Assembly: GCF_000018105.1 (NCBI RefSeq)
Contig: NC_009930.1
Location: 145,163-177,162, forward strand
Reading direction: 5' to 3'
Length of the DNA: 32,000 nucleotides
Source: Acaryochloris marina MBIC11017
GTDB lineage: Bacteria > Cyanobacteriota > Cyanobacteriia > Thermosynechococcales > Thermosynechococcaceae
In this document: positions 1 through 7,069 of the stretch, piece after piece
How the letters are laid out: every line of letters starts with the position of its first letter
How positions within the stretch are numbered: the first letter of the stretch is position 1
The notes under the pieces: model-generated
What the model was told of the DNA's origin: nothing
Seen by the model: only the letters and a program-made list of their open reading frames with translations
Databases searched by the model: none
Translations under genes and position numbers: made by a program

Positions 1-846
1 AAGATCTAAGGATCTAATCCCCGCTGCTCCAATTTCGACAATTCGTTCCAAGAGGTAGAACGCCAAGACAAAATTAGCGTTGGGGTCTAGATAGAGTGCC
101 AGCAAGAATACGGATTGCAAGAGCTGCTTCGCGGCCAGGGGGAAAAACTCATCTCCATTATCAGCGGCTGTTTTCGCTAAGTTCTCGCTAAGGACTTCGG
201 CAACGACTCCAGCCCCATCTTTATCTTCATAGGCTTCTCGGCCAAACCGAGAGCGGATCATCTGATAGATATTGAAGACATCCGAGTCGTCGTATCCTGG
301 TGCAATTATTTTGACTTTGTACCCGTGAAGCCTGGCATAACCCGCAATCTCTGAAGAGGGGCAAGTGGAGGTCTCTGACTCTTCATGACCTTTGGCATCA
401 AACACTGCCAGAGGATAGCCCAGCTTGATCATGCATCGCTGGAGAGGATTGAGAAGTGAGTAACTTTTACCTGACCCCGTTGAACCTAATGCAACCAGAT
501 GTTCTTCAAGATGAGATAGTATCCACGAATTGACATAATCTCTGGGAATGAATATCTCTCTAGCTTCCTTATCAACCACCACCCCTTTAGGTTCTCCCAC
601 CCACAAGGCAACTTTGTTGCGCTTGCGCTCCTCCATCATGTCAAAGCCATAGGTCTTAGCTTTCTTTACCTCTTTCGGAGTCGCTTTACGGGCATCGCCA
701 AGCTTTTGCTTTTTACTGAAGCCGTCTTTGAAAATCAGCAAAATGATGAGTATTAGAAACAAACCACCCATCAAATAAACCTGGAAGTCAATCTGAGGCC
801 CAAATTGTTGAGGGGGCTGAGGGGGTTGCTCGGTATGTTGTGGCAT
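1..846 (-). CDS. Type IV coupling protein-like P-loop ATPase (VirD4/TraG/TraD superfamily). Only the N-terminal 282 codons are present; the C-terminus runs off the window start.
   Basis: The minus-strand frame is open from the ATG at 846-844 to nt 1. It is absent from the ORF track because it is open-ended. Hand translation gives MPQHTEQPPQPP..., one N-terminal hydrophobic helix (LMGGLFLILIILLIF), Walker A GSTGSGKS (nt 463-486), then DNGDEFFPLAAKQLLQSVFL, which resembles coupling proteins. It is adjacent to the other conjugation genes. Confidence 0.75.
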   Translation of the reverse strand, partial: MPQHTEQPPQPPQQFGPQIDFQVYLMGGLFLILIILLIFKDGFSKKQKLGDARKATPKEVKKAKTYGFDMMEERKRNKVALWVGEPKGVVVDKEAREIFIPRDYVNSWILSHLEEHLVALGSTGSGKSYSLLNPLQRCMIKLGYPLAVFDAKGHEESETSTCPSSEIAGYARLHGYKVKIIAPGYDDSDVFNIYQMIRSRFGREAYEDKDGAGVVAEVLSENLAKTAADNGDEFFPLAAKQLLQSVFLLALYLDPNANFVLAFYLLERIVEIGAAGIRSLDL

Positions 847-876
847 AGGTGAAATTTCCGAAGGATATCTCTATCG

Positions 877-893
877 GAAACTTACCCAGAATT
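877..893 (-). promoter_or_regulatory. Exact 17-nt motif (minus strand AATTCTGGGTAAGTTTC) in the leader of the coupling-protein gene, followed by a 7-bp hairpin (855-861 / 874-880).
   Basis: The 17-mer is identical to the one at 3915-3931. It lies 30 nt upstream of the ATG at 846. The hairpin arms are tttccga / tcggaaa. Confidence 0.4.
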
Positions 894-914
894 AGTATTA
901 CTGGTCTTGATGTC

Positions 915-1283
915 TTATCGCTGCCATTGTCGCCATTTTGGATTAAAAGCATCAAACAAAGCTTCAGCTTCCTCAACTGTCATACCGTTCTCACGAGCAT
1001 AAACATCGACAGGAGGCCAACCTCGCATTGAATCAGTAACAACAACCCAACCTTGATCTGAGTTACGTAGCGTTGCTGAACTACCAGCATGTCCATCAGT
1101 CCAACTTACTAATGCAAAATTCCCTACAATTGCAACTTTATTAATTACTGCTGAAGGAGATAACGCAGAACTGGCAGTAGCAATTACTTCCTCAACTTGA
1201 TCATTTGATTGGACTTGCGCGATCGCAACTGGAGAACTCAGAACAAACATTAAGACAACTGCACTCAATATTTTCCCAATCAT
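915..1283 (-). CDS. Small secreted protein of unknown function, inside the conjugation gene block.
   Basis: The ORF track gives 915..1298. The signal-peptide-like N-terminus is MIGKILSAVVLMFVLSSPVAIAQ. The internal ATG at 1283-1281 overlaps the upstream TGA (1282-1280) as ATGA, so it is the preferred start; 1298 remains possible. Confidence 0.5.
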   Translation of the reverse strand: MIGKILSAVVLMFVLSSPVAIAQVQSNDQVEEVIATASSALSPSAVINKVAIVGNFALVSWTDGHAGSSATLRNSDQGWVVVTDSMRGWPPVDVYARENGMTVEEAEALFDAFNPKWRQWQR

Positions 1284-3886
1284 CTTGTTACTCTCCATAT
1301 TTGTGTTTGAGGATTGTCAGACAAGTATCTTGAATTATCATACGTTCCATCAAAATTCCTATCTGAAACCCAACTAAACGATGCACGACCAGAAGAATTA
1401 GACAGAATCTGACTACAGCCTACATTCATACATACACCAATGTGTTGATAACCTTTTGAAAGGGCAATATCTCCGGGTTGTGCTTCAGAAGGATTGACTT
1501 GCTTACCTCGGCCAGCAGCAAACTTATCAGCCCAAGTCGGAACCCAATCAGTCTGCATAGGCTGAATTCCTGCTCTAGCTAGTACATGATCTACAGACCA
1601 AGCACAAGCTTGATTCCCACCTTCAGGTCCACCTGATGTATCAAATCCCCGCATTTGCTTAGCCGATTCAAAGATAGCGTTATTGATTTCTCCCGCTTCC
1701 GGTGCTGGACCTTGAGCAAAAGTGGCTGAGCCATTGGTGGGCTGGCAGAAAGGAACCCCAAAAGATGCAGTGGCACCCGTTGGAGTAACCGGAGCATTGC
1801 CATTAGGACCATAGACTTCAAGGGCAACTGGATCATTCCACTTCACATCTTCCGCTCCTCCAGGGAGACTGGTGAACTGATTACGCCCCAACAAATAATC
1901 AGCAGCCTCAAAATTACCTGAACGAATATAGCCGATGATGTCATGGCCGACTTCCTGACCATAGATATCAATCCAAGCTAATGCAGCACGATCACGCTCT
2001 TCTTTGCTTTCAGACCAAGCATCAATACCTGTCCTAGTAAAAAGCGTATTTCGACTCTTCTCGATGAATTGATATTCACCATATGCACCCGTATCAGGAT
2101 GTGGCCCAATATCAGTTCCTCCAGTAGATTCACCATACGCAATGCGGGCTAGATATTGATTGATATGATGTTGTTCACTGTTTGGAGGTGAGCTACCATC
2201 AGCACCACCAGTCGTCTGATTTGAATCGGTGGTATTGTTCGTTTGTGCTGAGGCAACCAATGTAGGTTCCCGGCAAAACTGCTGTTGACTGGGCTGGAGA
2301 TTACGGATTGCATCAGGAATGCCCCCAGATCGAGCTAGAAGCAACATGATTCCACCTTCTTTAATGCGCCAGGGGGTTGGAATCCTGATGAAATGAGGGG
2401 TGTAATGACTCCCAGTAATTGGATCTGAATAGCCAAACTGCCATGCCGTGGACAACCGGGCAGATCCCACCTCATCCCCTGACCCTTCCCTCATGTCTTC
2501 CAGGTACAGCTTGACATTGCCTGCCACCCAAGGCTTAATCCCGGTGACCTCCTTGCCATTGGCTATAATTCTCAACCAGCCTTGCCCACCGGGCACCATC
2601 TGATCTGGCCCTTGAATCCAGGCTTGCCCTGATAACTTCGTGGGTTCGCCACCCCCATCAACATTGTCCAACTCAAAGTGACGACAGTTCTTGGTATCTT
2701 TCCCATCGATTTTGCAGGGTGCAGGTTTAGGAATTTGGTCTTTGGTCCCACCACTGATTACATAGTCGATGTTATCGACCACTGCGGCAGCATCGGTCGT
2801 ATCAATTCGCCCCAGCAAATCCAATCGAGTGAAGCTCAACGCTAACGCTAAATCAATCTGGTCAAGCGGTACATCTTTGAGGCCAGGGACTTGATTGAGG
2901 GTCTTATCTTCAGAACCGGGGATATCCTTAATCGCTGTCTCTCCCACACCAGGAGCATCAGCCAATCCCAGCTTATCGAGGGGCAAGGTTCCAAGGGGTA
3001 AATCCTTTATTGCTTTGGCGATTTTGGGATTCTTCATCAACTCTTTGATCAGAACTTTGGACCCTTCTTTGATCGCTAAATCCTTAGCCTGCTTTTTGAC
3101 GGTATCCCAATCCCCGTTGATAATCCCCTGAGTTAATGGGATGAGCTGCTTTAAGGGCAGTTTCCGCAGACGATTATTGACCTTGCTTAAAGTCTTCGCT
3201 AGCTTGCTCCGTTCCTCTTCTGTGAATACGTCACCCCAGTCTCCCTCTATTAAATCTTCAGCAGGGATATCTGAAATCTCTGGGTTAGACGCTTTCTGTT
3301 CGATAAAAACAATGTCTGTTTGATCAATGGGTTCATGTAGAAGCGGTTCGTCCTCGTAGTATCCAAATGCAGATTGCACCACTGCGGGGGCTTCTTCTAA
3401 AGATTGTTCAGCCGCACCAGGATTAATTTGCAGATACTCTCCCACTGTCATTGTTGATGCGATTGGAACCTCAGACAGGGTTACGGTTGCGGGGTCTTTG
3501 CCACTGGCTTTCAAAACCTCATTGATATTCAATTCCGTAAACTGCTTAAACTGCGGATGATTTTTCAGGTGTCCGATCTTGAGAACTTGATCTGAGCTTG
3601 CGTTTGCGGGCCATGCCCCATTGAGATAGGAGGGTGCTTGGGAACCTGCGGGCAATCGAATACTCCCCGCTGTTTCAGAGGCTGGACTATTGGCAAAGGT
3701 CGGTGCGACGACACCAGATGGGTCATAGTACAGGCCTGGTATCGTGCCTTCTTCCTGGGTTTGAGTATTTTGATTAGCAGCCTTTATGGACTGCTGGTTG
3801 ATAATCTGTGCTACTGCTGGGAACGATTGTAGGGTGAGTACAGCAGCAGGTAGTAGGCTGAATATTCGTTGGGGATATCGAGGCAT
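1280..3886 (-). CDS. Large secreted bifunctional cell-wall hydrolase: lambda-lysozyme-like (GH104-type) lytic transglycosylase plus a C-terminal CHAP/NlpC-P60-like cysteine peptidase.
   Basis: The 870-aa track ORF starts at TTG 3892; the ATG at 3886 gives the signal peptide MPRYPQRIFSLLPAAVLTLQSFPAVAQ. The motif IAYGESTGG...GAYGEYQF...DRAALAWI...FTSLPGG (about nt 1860-2180) parallels phage lambda R (EG...GRYQ...QD.A...W.SLPG). The C-terminus has NQACAWSVDHVL...YQHIGVCMN, a Cys/His pair (about nt 1380-1610). Confidence 0.75.
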   Translation of the reverse strand: MPRYPQRIFSLLPAAVLTLQSFPAVAQIINQQSIKAANQNTQTQEEGTIPGLYYDPSGVVAPTFANSPASETAGSIRLPAGSQAPSYLNGAWPANASSDQVLKIGHLKNHPQFKQFTELNINEVLKASGKDPATVTLSEVPIASTMTVGEYLQINPGAAEQSLEEAPAVVQSAFGYYEDEPLLHEPIDQTDIVFIEQKASNPEISDIPAEDLIEGDWGDVFTEEERSKLAKTLSKVNNRLRKLPLKQLIPLTQGIINGDWDTVKKQAKDLAIKEGSKVLIKELMKNPKIAKAIKDLPLGTLPLDKLGLADAPGVGETAIKDIPGSEDKTLNQVPGLKDVPLDQIDLALALSFTRLDLLGRIDTTDAAAVVDNIDYVISGGTKDQIPKPAPCKIDGKDTKNCRHFELDNVDGGGEPTKLSGQAWIQGPDQMVPGGQGWLRIIANGKEVTGIKPWVAGNVKLYLEDMREGSGDEVGSARLSTAWQFGYSDPITGSHYTPHFIRIPTPWRIKEGGIMLLLARSGGIPDAIRNLQPSQQQFCREPTLVASAQTNNTTDSNQTTGGADGSSPPNSEQHHINQYLARIAYGESTGGTDIGPHPDTGAYGEYQFIEKSRNTLFTRTGIDAWSESKEERDRAALAWIDIYGQEVGHDIIGYIRSGNFEAADYLLGRNQFTSLPGGAEDVKWNDPVALEVYGPNGNAPVTPTGATASFGVPFCQPTNGSATFAQGPAPEAGEINNAIFESAKQMRGFDTSGGPEGGNQACAWSVDHVLARAGIQPMQTDWVPTWADKFAAGRGKQVNPSEAQPGDIALSKGYQHIGVCMNVGCSQILSNSSGRASFSWVSDRNFDGTYDNSRYLSDNPQTQIWRVTR

Positions 3887-3914
3887 GATCAACAGAGTTG
3901 AGTGACAGTCTGTT

Positions 3915-3931
3915 GAAACTTACCCAGAATT
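3915..3931 (-). promoter_or_regulatory. Second copy of the exact 17-nt motif AATTCTGGGTAAGTTTC, in the leader of the hydrolase gene, followed by a 7-bp hairpin (3889-3895 / 3910-3916).
   Basis: Identical to 877-893. It lies 28 nt upstream of the ATG at 3886. The hairpin arms are tcaacag / ctgttga with a 14-nt loop. Confidence 0.4.
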
Positions 3932-3974
3932 TTGGGATCAGGATTGGTTAATTTAGTCTAATTTTTTAGCCCAA

Positions 3975-4008
3975 ATGTACAGTACATCGCTATTTGCACA
4001 GATGTACA
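3975..4008. promoter_or_regulatory. Cluster of TGTACA-type palindromes upstream of the hydrolase gene; possible operator.
   Basis: ATGTACaGTACAT is a 13-bp palindrome at 3975-3987. TGCACA lies at 3995-4000 and TGTACA at 4003-4008. All sit in the 216-bp gap between the NLR stop and the hydrolase start. Confidence 0.3.
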
Positions 4009-4108
4009 AAATTAGTGCTCCGATTGACGAATCTGCTGGGTTTCAATTTTTGCCAAATTCCAGTTATTCAAAATTACTGCACACCTAAGTTCATTATTCA
4101 TCAAACAG

Positions 4109-6640
4109 TTAAGTATCCAACTCCTTTATTTTTTTACAGCAATCGTCAAAATTGCTCTGAACTTTAAATGTGTATGGATGTTCATCACCCAAGAGGTTCT
4201 GGAGTATATTCAGGCTTTGTTCGTAGAGGGATTTCGCTTTGCTGTACCGTCCTTGGATATCGTAGAGTTCTGCCAGGTTATTGAGGCTACGAGCAACATT
4301 GGGGTGTTCGTTGCCCAAGAGTTTCTGGAGCATCTCCAAGGATTGCACATAGAGGGGTTTCGCTTTGCTGTACCGTCCTTGGATGTAGTAAAGTTTTGCC
4401 AGGTTATTGAGGCTTTGAGCGACATCGGGATGTTCGTTGCCCAAGAGCTTCTGTCTCATCTCCAAGGCTTGGTCATAGAGGGGTTCGGCTTCGCTGTACC
4501 GTTCTAGGGTGTAGTAGAGGAAGGCCAGGTTATTGAGACTTTGAGCGACATCGGGGTGTTCGTTGCCCAAGAGCTTCTGGCACATTTCCAAGGTTTGGAC
4601 ATAGAGGGGTTCGGCTTCGCTGTACCGTCCTTGGCTTTCGTAGAGTCCTGCCAGGCTATTGAGGCACACCGCGACATCGGGATGTTCGTTGCCCAAGAGC
4701 TTCTGTCTCATCTCCAAGGCTTGGTCATAGAGGGGTTCGGCTTCGCTGTACCGTCCTTGGCTTTCGTAGACTGTTGCCAGGTTAATGAGGCTTGTTGCGA
4801 CATCGGGGTGTTCGCCGCCCAAGAGCTTCTGTCTCATCTCCAAGGCTCTGTCATAGAGGGGTTCGGCTTCGCTGTACCGTCCTTGTTTGTAGTAGAGTGT
4901 TGCCAGGTTATTGAGGCACATCGCGACATCGGGATGTTCGTTGCCCAAGAGCTTCTGGCACATTTCCAAGGCTTGGTCATAGAGGGGTTCGGCTTCGCTG
5001 TACCGTCCTTGCCTGTCGAAGAGTGATGCCAGGTTATTGAGGCTTGTTGCGACATCGGGGTGTTCGCCGCCCAAGAGCTTCTGGCACATTTCCAAGGCTT
5101 GGACATAGAGGGGTTCGGCTTCGCTGTACCGTCCTTGCCTGTCGAAGAGTAATGCCAGGTTATTAAGGCTTTGAGCGACATCGGGGTGTTCGCTGCCTAA
5201 GAGCTTCTGTCTCATCTCCAAGGCTTGGTCATAGAGGGGTTTGGCTTCGCTGTACCGTCCTTGGTTGTAGTGGAGTAATGCCAGGTTATTGAGGCTTGTT
5301 GCGACATCGGGGTGTTCAGTACCGAATCTTTTTTTTGCCTGTACCAGGCATTTTTGTCTCCAGGGTAAAGCTAAACCATAGTTTCCTTGCCCTTCATAAT
5401 ATCGACCGATACCTTGAAAAGGTAGGATCAAGTCATCATCACTGAGATGGTCAATCCATTTTCTGATAAGTTCCTCTAGATGAGGAATGCAACCTTTTAT
5501 CTCAGTAATTACATCAATCGTTGGACGTTCATCAATACCCTGTTCAATACCCACTATTCCTCTGCAATAAGCCGTTTTGAGGGATTCCCCCTTGTCAGTG
5601 CGCTCATGCAACTTAATCCGAAAGAACTCCTTTACAATTTGATGGAGTTGATAGGTACTCTCTTCCACTCGTTTGAGTAAATTTCTATCTCTTAAACCTT
5701 CATCTCTAAGGTCTTCCAGATCATCATTATCCTGATCAAATAGACACTCTTCAACCAGATGCCAAGGAATCGGTGCAATCGCAAACATGCCTAATAAACA
5801 GGCAAGTTCTTGTTCTACCTCACTTAGTTCTACCCAGCTCAACTCCAATGCAGAAGCTACCCCTAACTGAGCCGTCATCCCTGATTCTTTGGCAATAAGA
5901 GCTTTCGCTGTTAGTTTCTTGGATTCAAGACGCTCAACTAGTTTTTCAAAGGACCAGTCTAATTTTCTCGCTAGAAATCGTCCCAACAATTCTAATCCTA
6001 ACGGTAGGTTACCCACCCAACCACATAGGGTTTTAGCAGCTTCTAGCTGTGAATAAATCCGGTCTGGTCCCACTAGCGTTTCTAGAAGTGCCAAGGCACT
6101 TTCATCATCGAGTTCTTCAATGGACAAAGACTGCACAGAGCTACCCAAGTTCAAACGAGTTGTCAGCAACACTTTGAACTTCGGATCTGAGGGAGGCAGA
6201 TAAGGCTCAACTGCATCAAACTCAGTTACATCATCGAGAACAACTAGCACATCCCCCTCTCGCCAATGTCCCCAGGAATAGTCAACCTGGCCTTTTTCAT
6301 CTAATCCATCTGGGAGAGTAATACCCAGCTTGGTCTGAGCAAACGACACAATTTGGGTTGCGATCTCTTGGTCCCTGGCTCTTAGCCAGCAAAATCCACC
6401 GGGGTATTGCTCCTGTTCTAATTGAGCTATGGCGTATTGCAATGCCAGCTCTGTTTTACCAATGCCCCCCATCCCAGCGATGGCTGTAATCGCAATCCGC
6501 TGGTTGTTTTGTAATTGCTCGCGAAGGTCTTGAAGCTTTTGGTTACGGCCAACAAACTCCTTGACACCACTTCGGGGAAGGTTAGAGGGAATGCCAGTAG
6601 GAGGATTTAACTTTGCCCAGTCCCGCTCAGGCGACTCTAG
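4109..6640 (-). CDS. NB-ARC (STAND P-loop NTPase) plus nine 42-aa TPR repeats. This is the C-terminal part of an NLR-like gene that continues in frame from 6641..7069 across one TGA.
   Basis: The track ORF 4109..6472 begins with a Met inside the Walker A (IAG-M-GGIGKT, nt 6452-6475). The 56 codons 6473-6640 are open and in frame, with no ATG, GTG or TTG. VLVVLDDV is Walker-B-like. Nine near-identical repeats follow (EHPDVAxSLNNLAxLYxxQGRYSEAEPLYxQALEMxQKLLGx). Confidence 0.85.
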   Translation of the reverse strand, partial: LESPERDWAKLNPPTGIPSNLPRSGVKEFVGRNQKLQDLREQLQNNQRIAITAIAGMGGIGKTELALQYAIAQLEQEQYPGGFCWLRARDQEIATQIVSFAQTKLGITLPDGLDEKGQVDYSWGHWREGDVLVVLDDVTEFDAVEPYLPPSDPKFKVLLTTRLNLGSSVQSLSIEELDDESALALLETLVGPDRIYSQLEAAKTLCGWVGNLPLGLELLGRFLARKLDWSFEKLVERLESKKLTAKALIAKESGMTAQLGVASALELSWVELSEVEQELACLLGMFAIAPIPWHLVEECLFDQDNDDLEDLRDEGLRDRNLLKRVEESTYQLHQIVKEFFRIKLHERTDKGESLKTAYCRGIVGIEQGIDERPTIDVITEIKGCIPHLEELIRKWIDHLSDDDLILPFQGIGRYYEGQGNYGLALPWRQKCLVQAKKRFGTEHPDVATSLNNLALLHYNQGRYSEAKPLYDQALEMRQKLLGSEHPDVAQSLNNLALLFDRQGRYSEAEPLYVQALEMCQKLLGGEHPDVATSLNNLASLFDRQGRYSEAEPLYDQALEMCQKLLGNEHPDVAMCLNNLATLYYKQGRYSEAEPLYDRALEMRQKLLGGEHPDVATSLINLATVYESQGRYSEAEPLYDQALEMRQKLLGNEHPDVAVCLNSLAGLYESQGRYSEAEPLYVQTLEMCQKLLGNEHPDVAQSLNNLAFLYYTLERYSEAEPLYDQALEMRQKLLGNEHPDVAQSLNNLAKLYYIQGRYSKAKPLYVQSLEMLQKLLGNEHPNVARSLNNLAELYDIQGRYSKAKSLYEQSLNILQNLLGDEHPYTFKVQSNFDDCCKKIKELDT
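4182..5317 (-). repeat. Nine tandem 126-bp coding repeats (TPR_10/12-like, kinesin-light-chain type).
   Basis: Strings such as ggggttcggcttcgctgtaccgtccttg recur every 126 bp. Several spurious alternate-frame ORFs in the track (4178..4507, 4541..5026, 4834..5181) come from this periodicity. Confidence 0.9.
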
Positions 6641-6643
6641 TCA
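6641..6643 (-). other. Single in-frame TGA separating the N-terminal domain from the NB-ARC/TPR body. The context is UGA CUA G.
   Basis: The minus strand reads AAG ACC GTT TGA CTA GAG TCG. Both flanking ORFs are in the same frame (168 nt from 6473 to 6640). Confidence 0.9.
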
Positions 6644-7069
6644 AACGGTCTTATTGATGGTGATGTTTTCACCTTGAAAAACCTCACCACCTGAAATGCT
6701 GTTTTGGAAGTTGGTTCCACCGTAGTTATTTTGAACTTGGGTGTTTGTGTCCTTACTGATATGAAAATTAATTTCTTGGGCTATCTGCCGTAATTCCCCA
6801 GCAAAGGCTTCATCTAGCATTTCTACGCCTAGCAGAGTAGCGACGGTTTCAATTGCCTTTTGATTACCTTGTTCTGCCTGGGTTAAAGCCTGTCCTGCCG
6901 CGTCATGCTTACCACGCAACCTATCCCAAATCTTCTGACGGAGCTTTCCCATCAAGGTAAGGGCATCAGCAGTAAACTGTTGTGCTGCTTCACCAGCGCT
7001 GGATTTTAGAAACTCTTGAAAGGCAAGATTAGCAATTACAGCGGCTGTTAGGGTAACTGGTTCAGTCAT
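6641..7069 (-). CDS. N-terminal all-alpha domain with a G/N/Q-rich tail (142 aa from ATG 7069). It is probably the N-terminal effector/adaptor domain of the NLR-like gene.
   Basis: The track ORF is 6641..7138. The internal start MTEPVTLTAAVIANLAFQEFLKS... at 7069 is preferred. The sequence is helical-looking and ends in ...QVQNNYGGTNFQNSISGGEVFQGENITINKTV followed by TGA. Confidence 0.6.
   Translation of the reverse strand: MTEPVTLTAAVIANLAFQEFLKSSAGEAAQQFTADALTLMGKLRQKIWDRLRGKHDAAGQALTQAEQGNQKAIETVATLLGVEMLDEAFAGELRQIAQEINFHISKDTNTQVQNNYGGTNFQNSISGGEVFQGENITINKTV

Noticed and set aside
788-1031. ORFs 788..976 (-) and 849..1031 (+), overlapping the coupling-protein start and the 127-aa gene.
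   Set aside because: They overlap better-supported genes in other frames and have no motifs.
4178-5181. Alternate-frame and antisense ORFs inside the TPR region (4178..4507 +, 4541..5026 +, 4210..4425 -, 4834..5181 -).
   Set aside because: They are themselves periodic translations of the 126-bp repeat (for example FGFAVPSL... repeated). They exist only because a stop-free repeat unit is iterated. The TPR frame carries the recognisable protein motifs.
4182-5317. Could the regular repeats be a CRISPR array?
   Set aside because: The 126-bp units are contiguous, with no unique spacers. They lie in one long reading frame that encodes canonical TPR helices.
6641-6643. Is the TGA decoded as selenocysteine?
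   Set aside because: The position is a linker, not a redox-active site. Only a weak 5-bp bulged hairpin (GUCGC-CUGA-GC..GAC) starts 7 nt downstream, which is not convincingly SECIS-like. Readthrough, error or pseudogene explanations are simpler. This cannot be fully excluded without a SECIS search.
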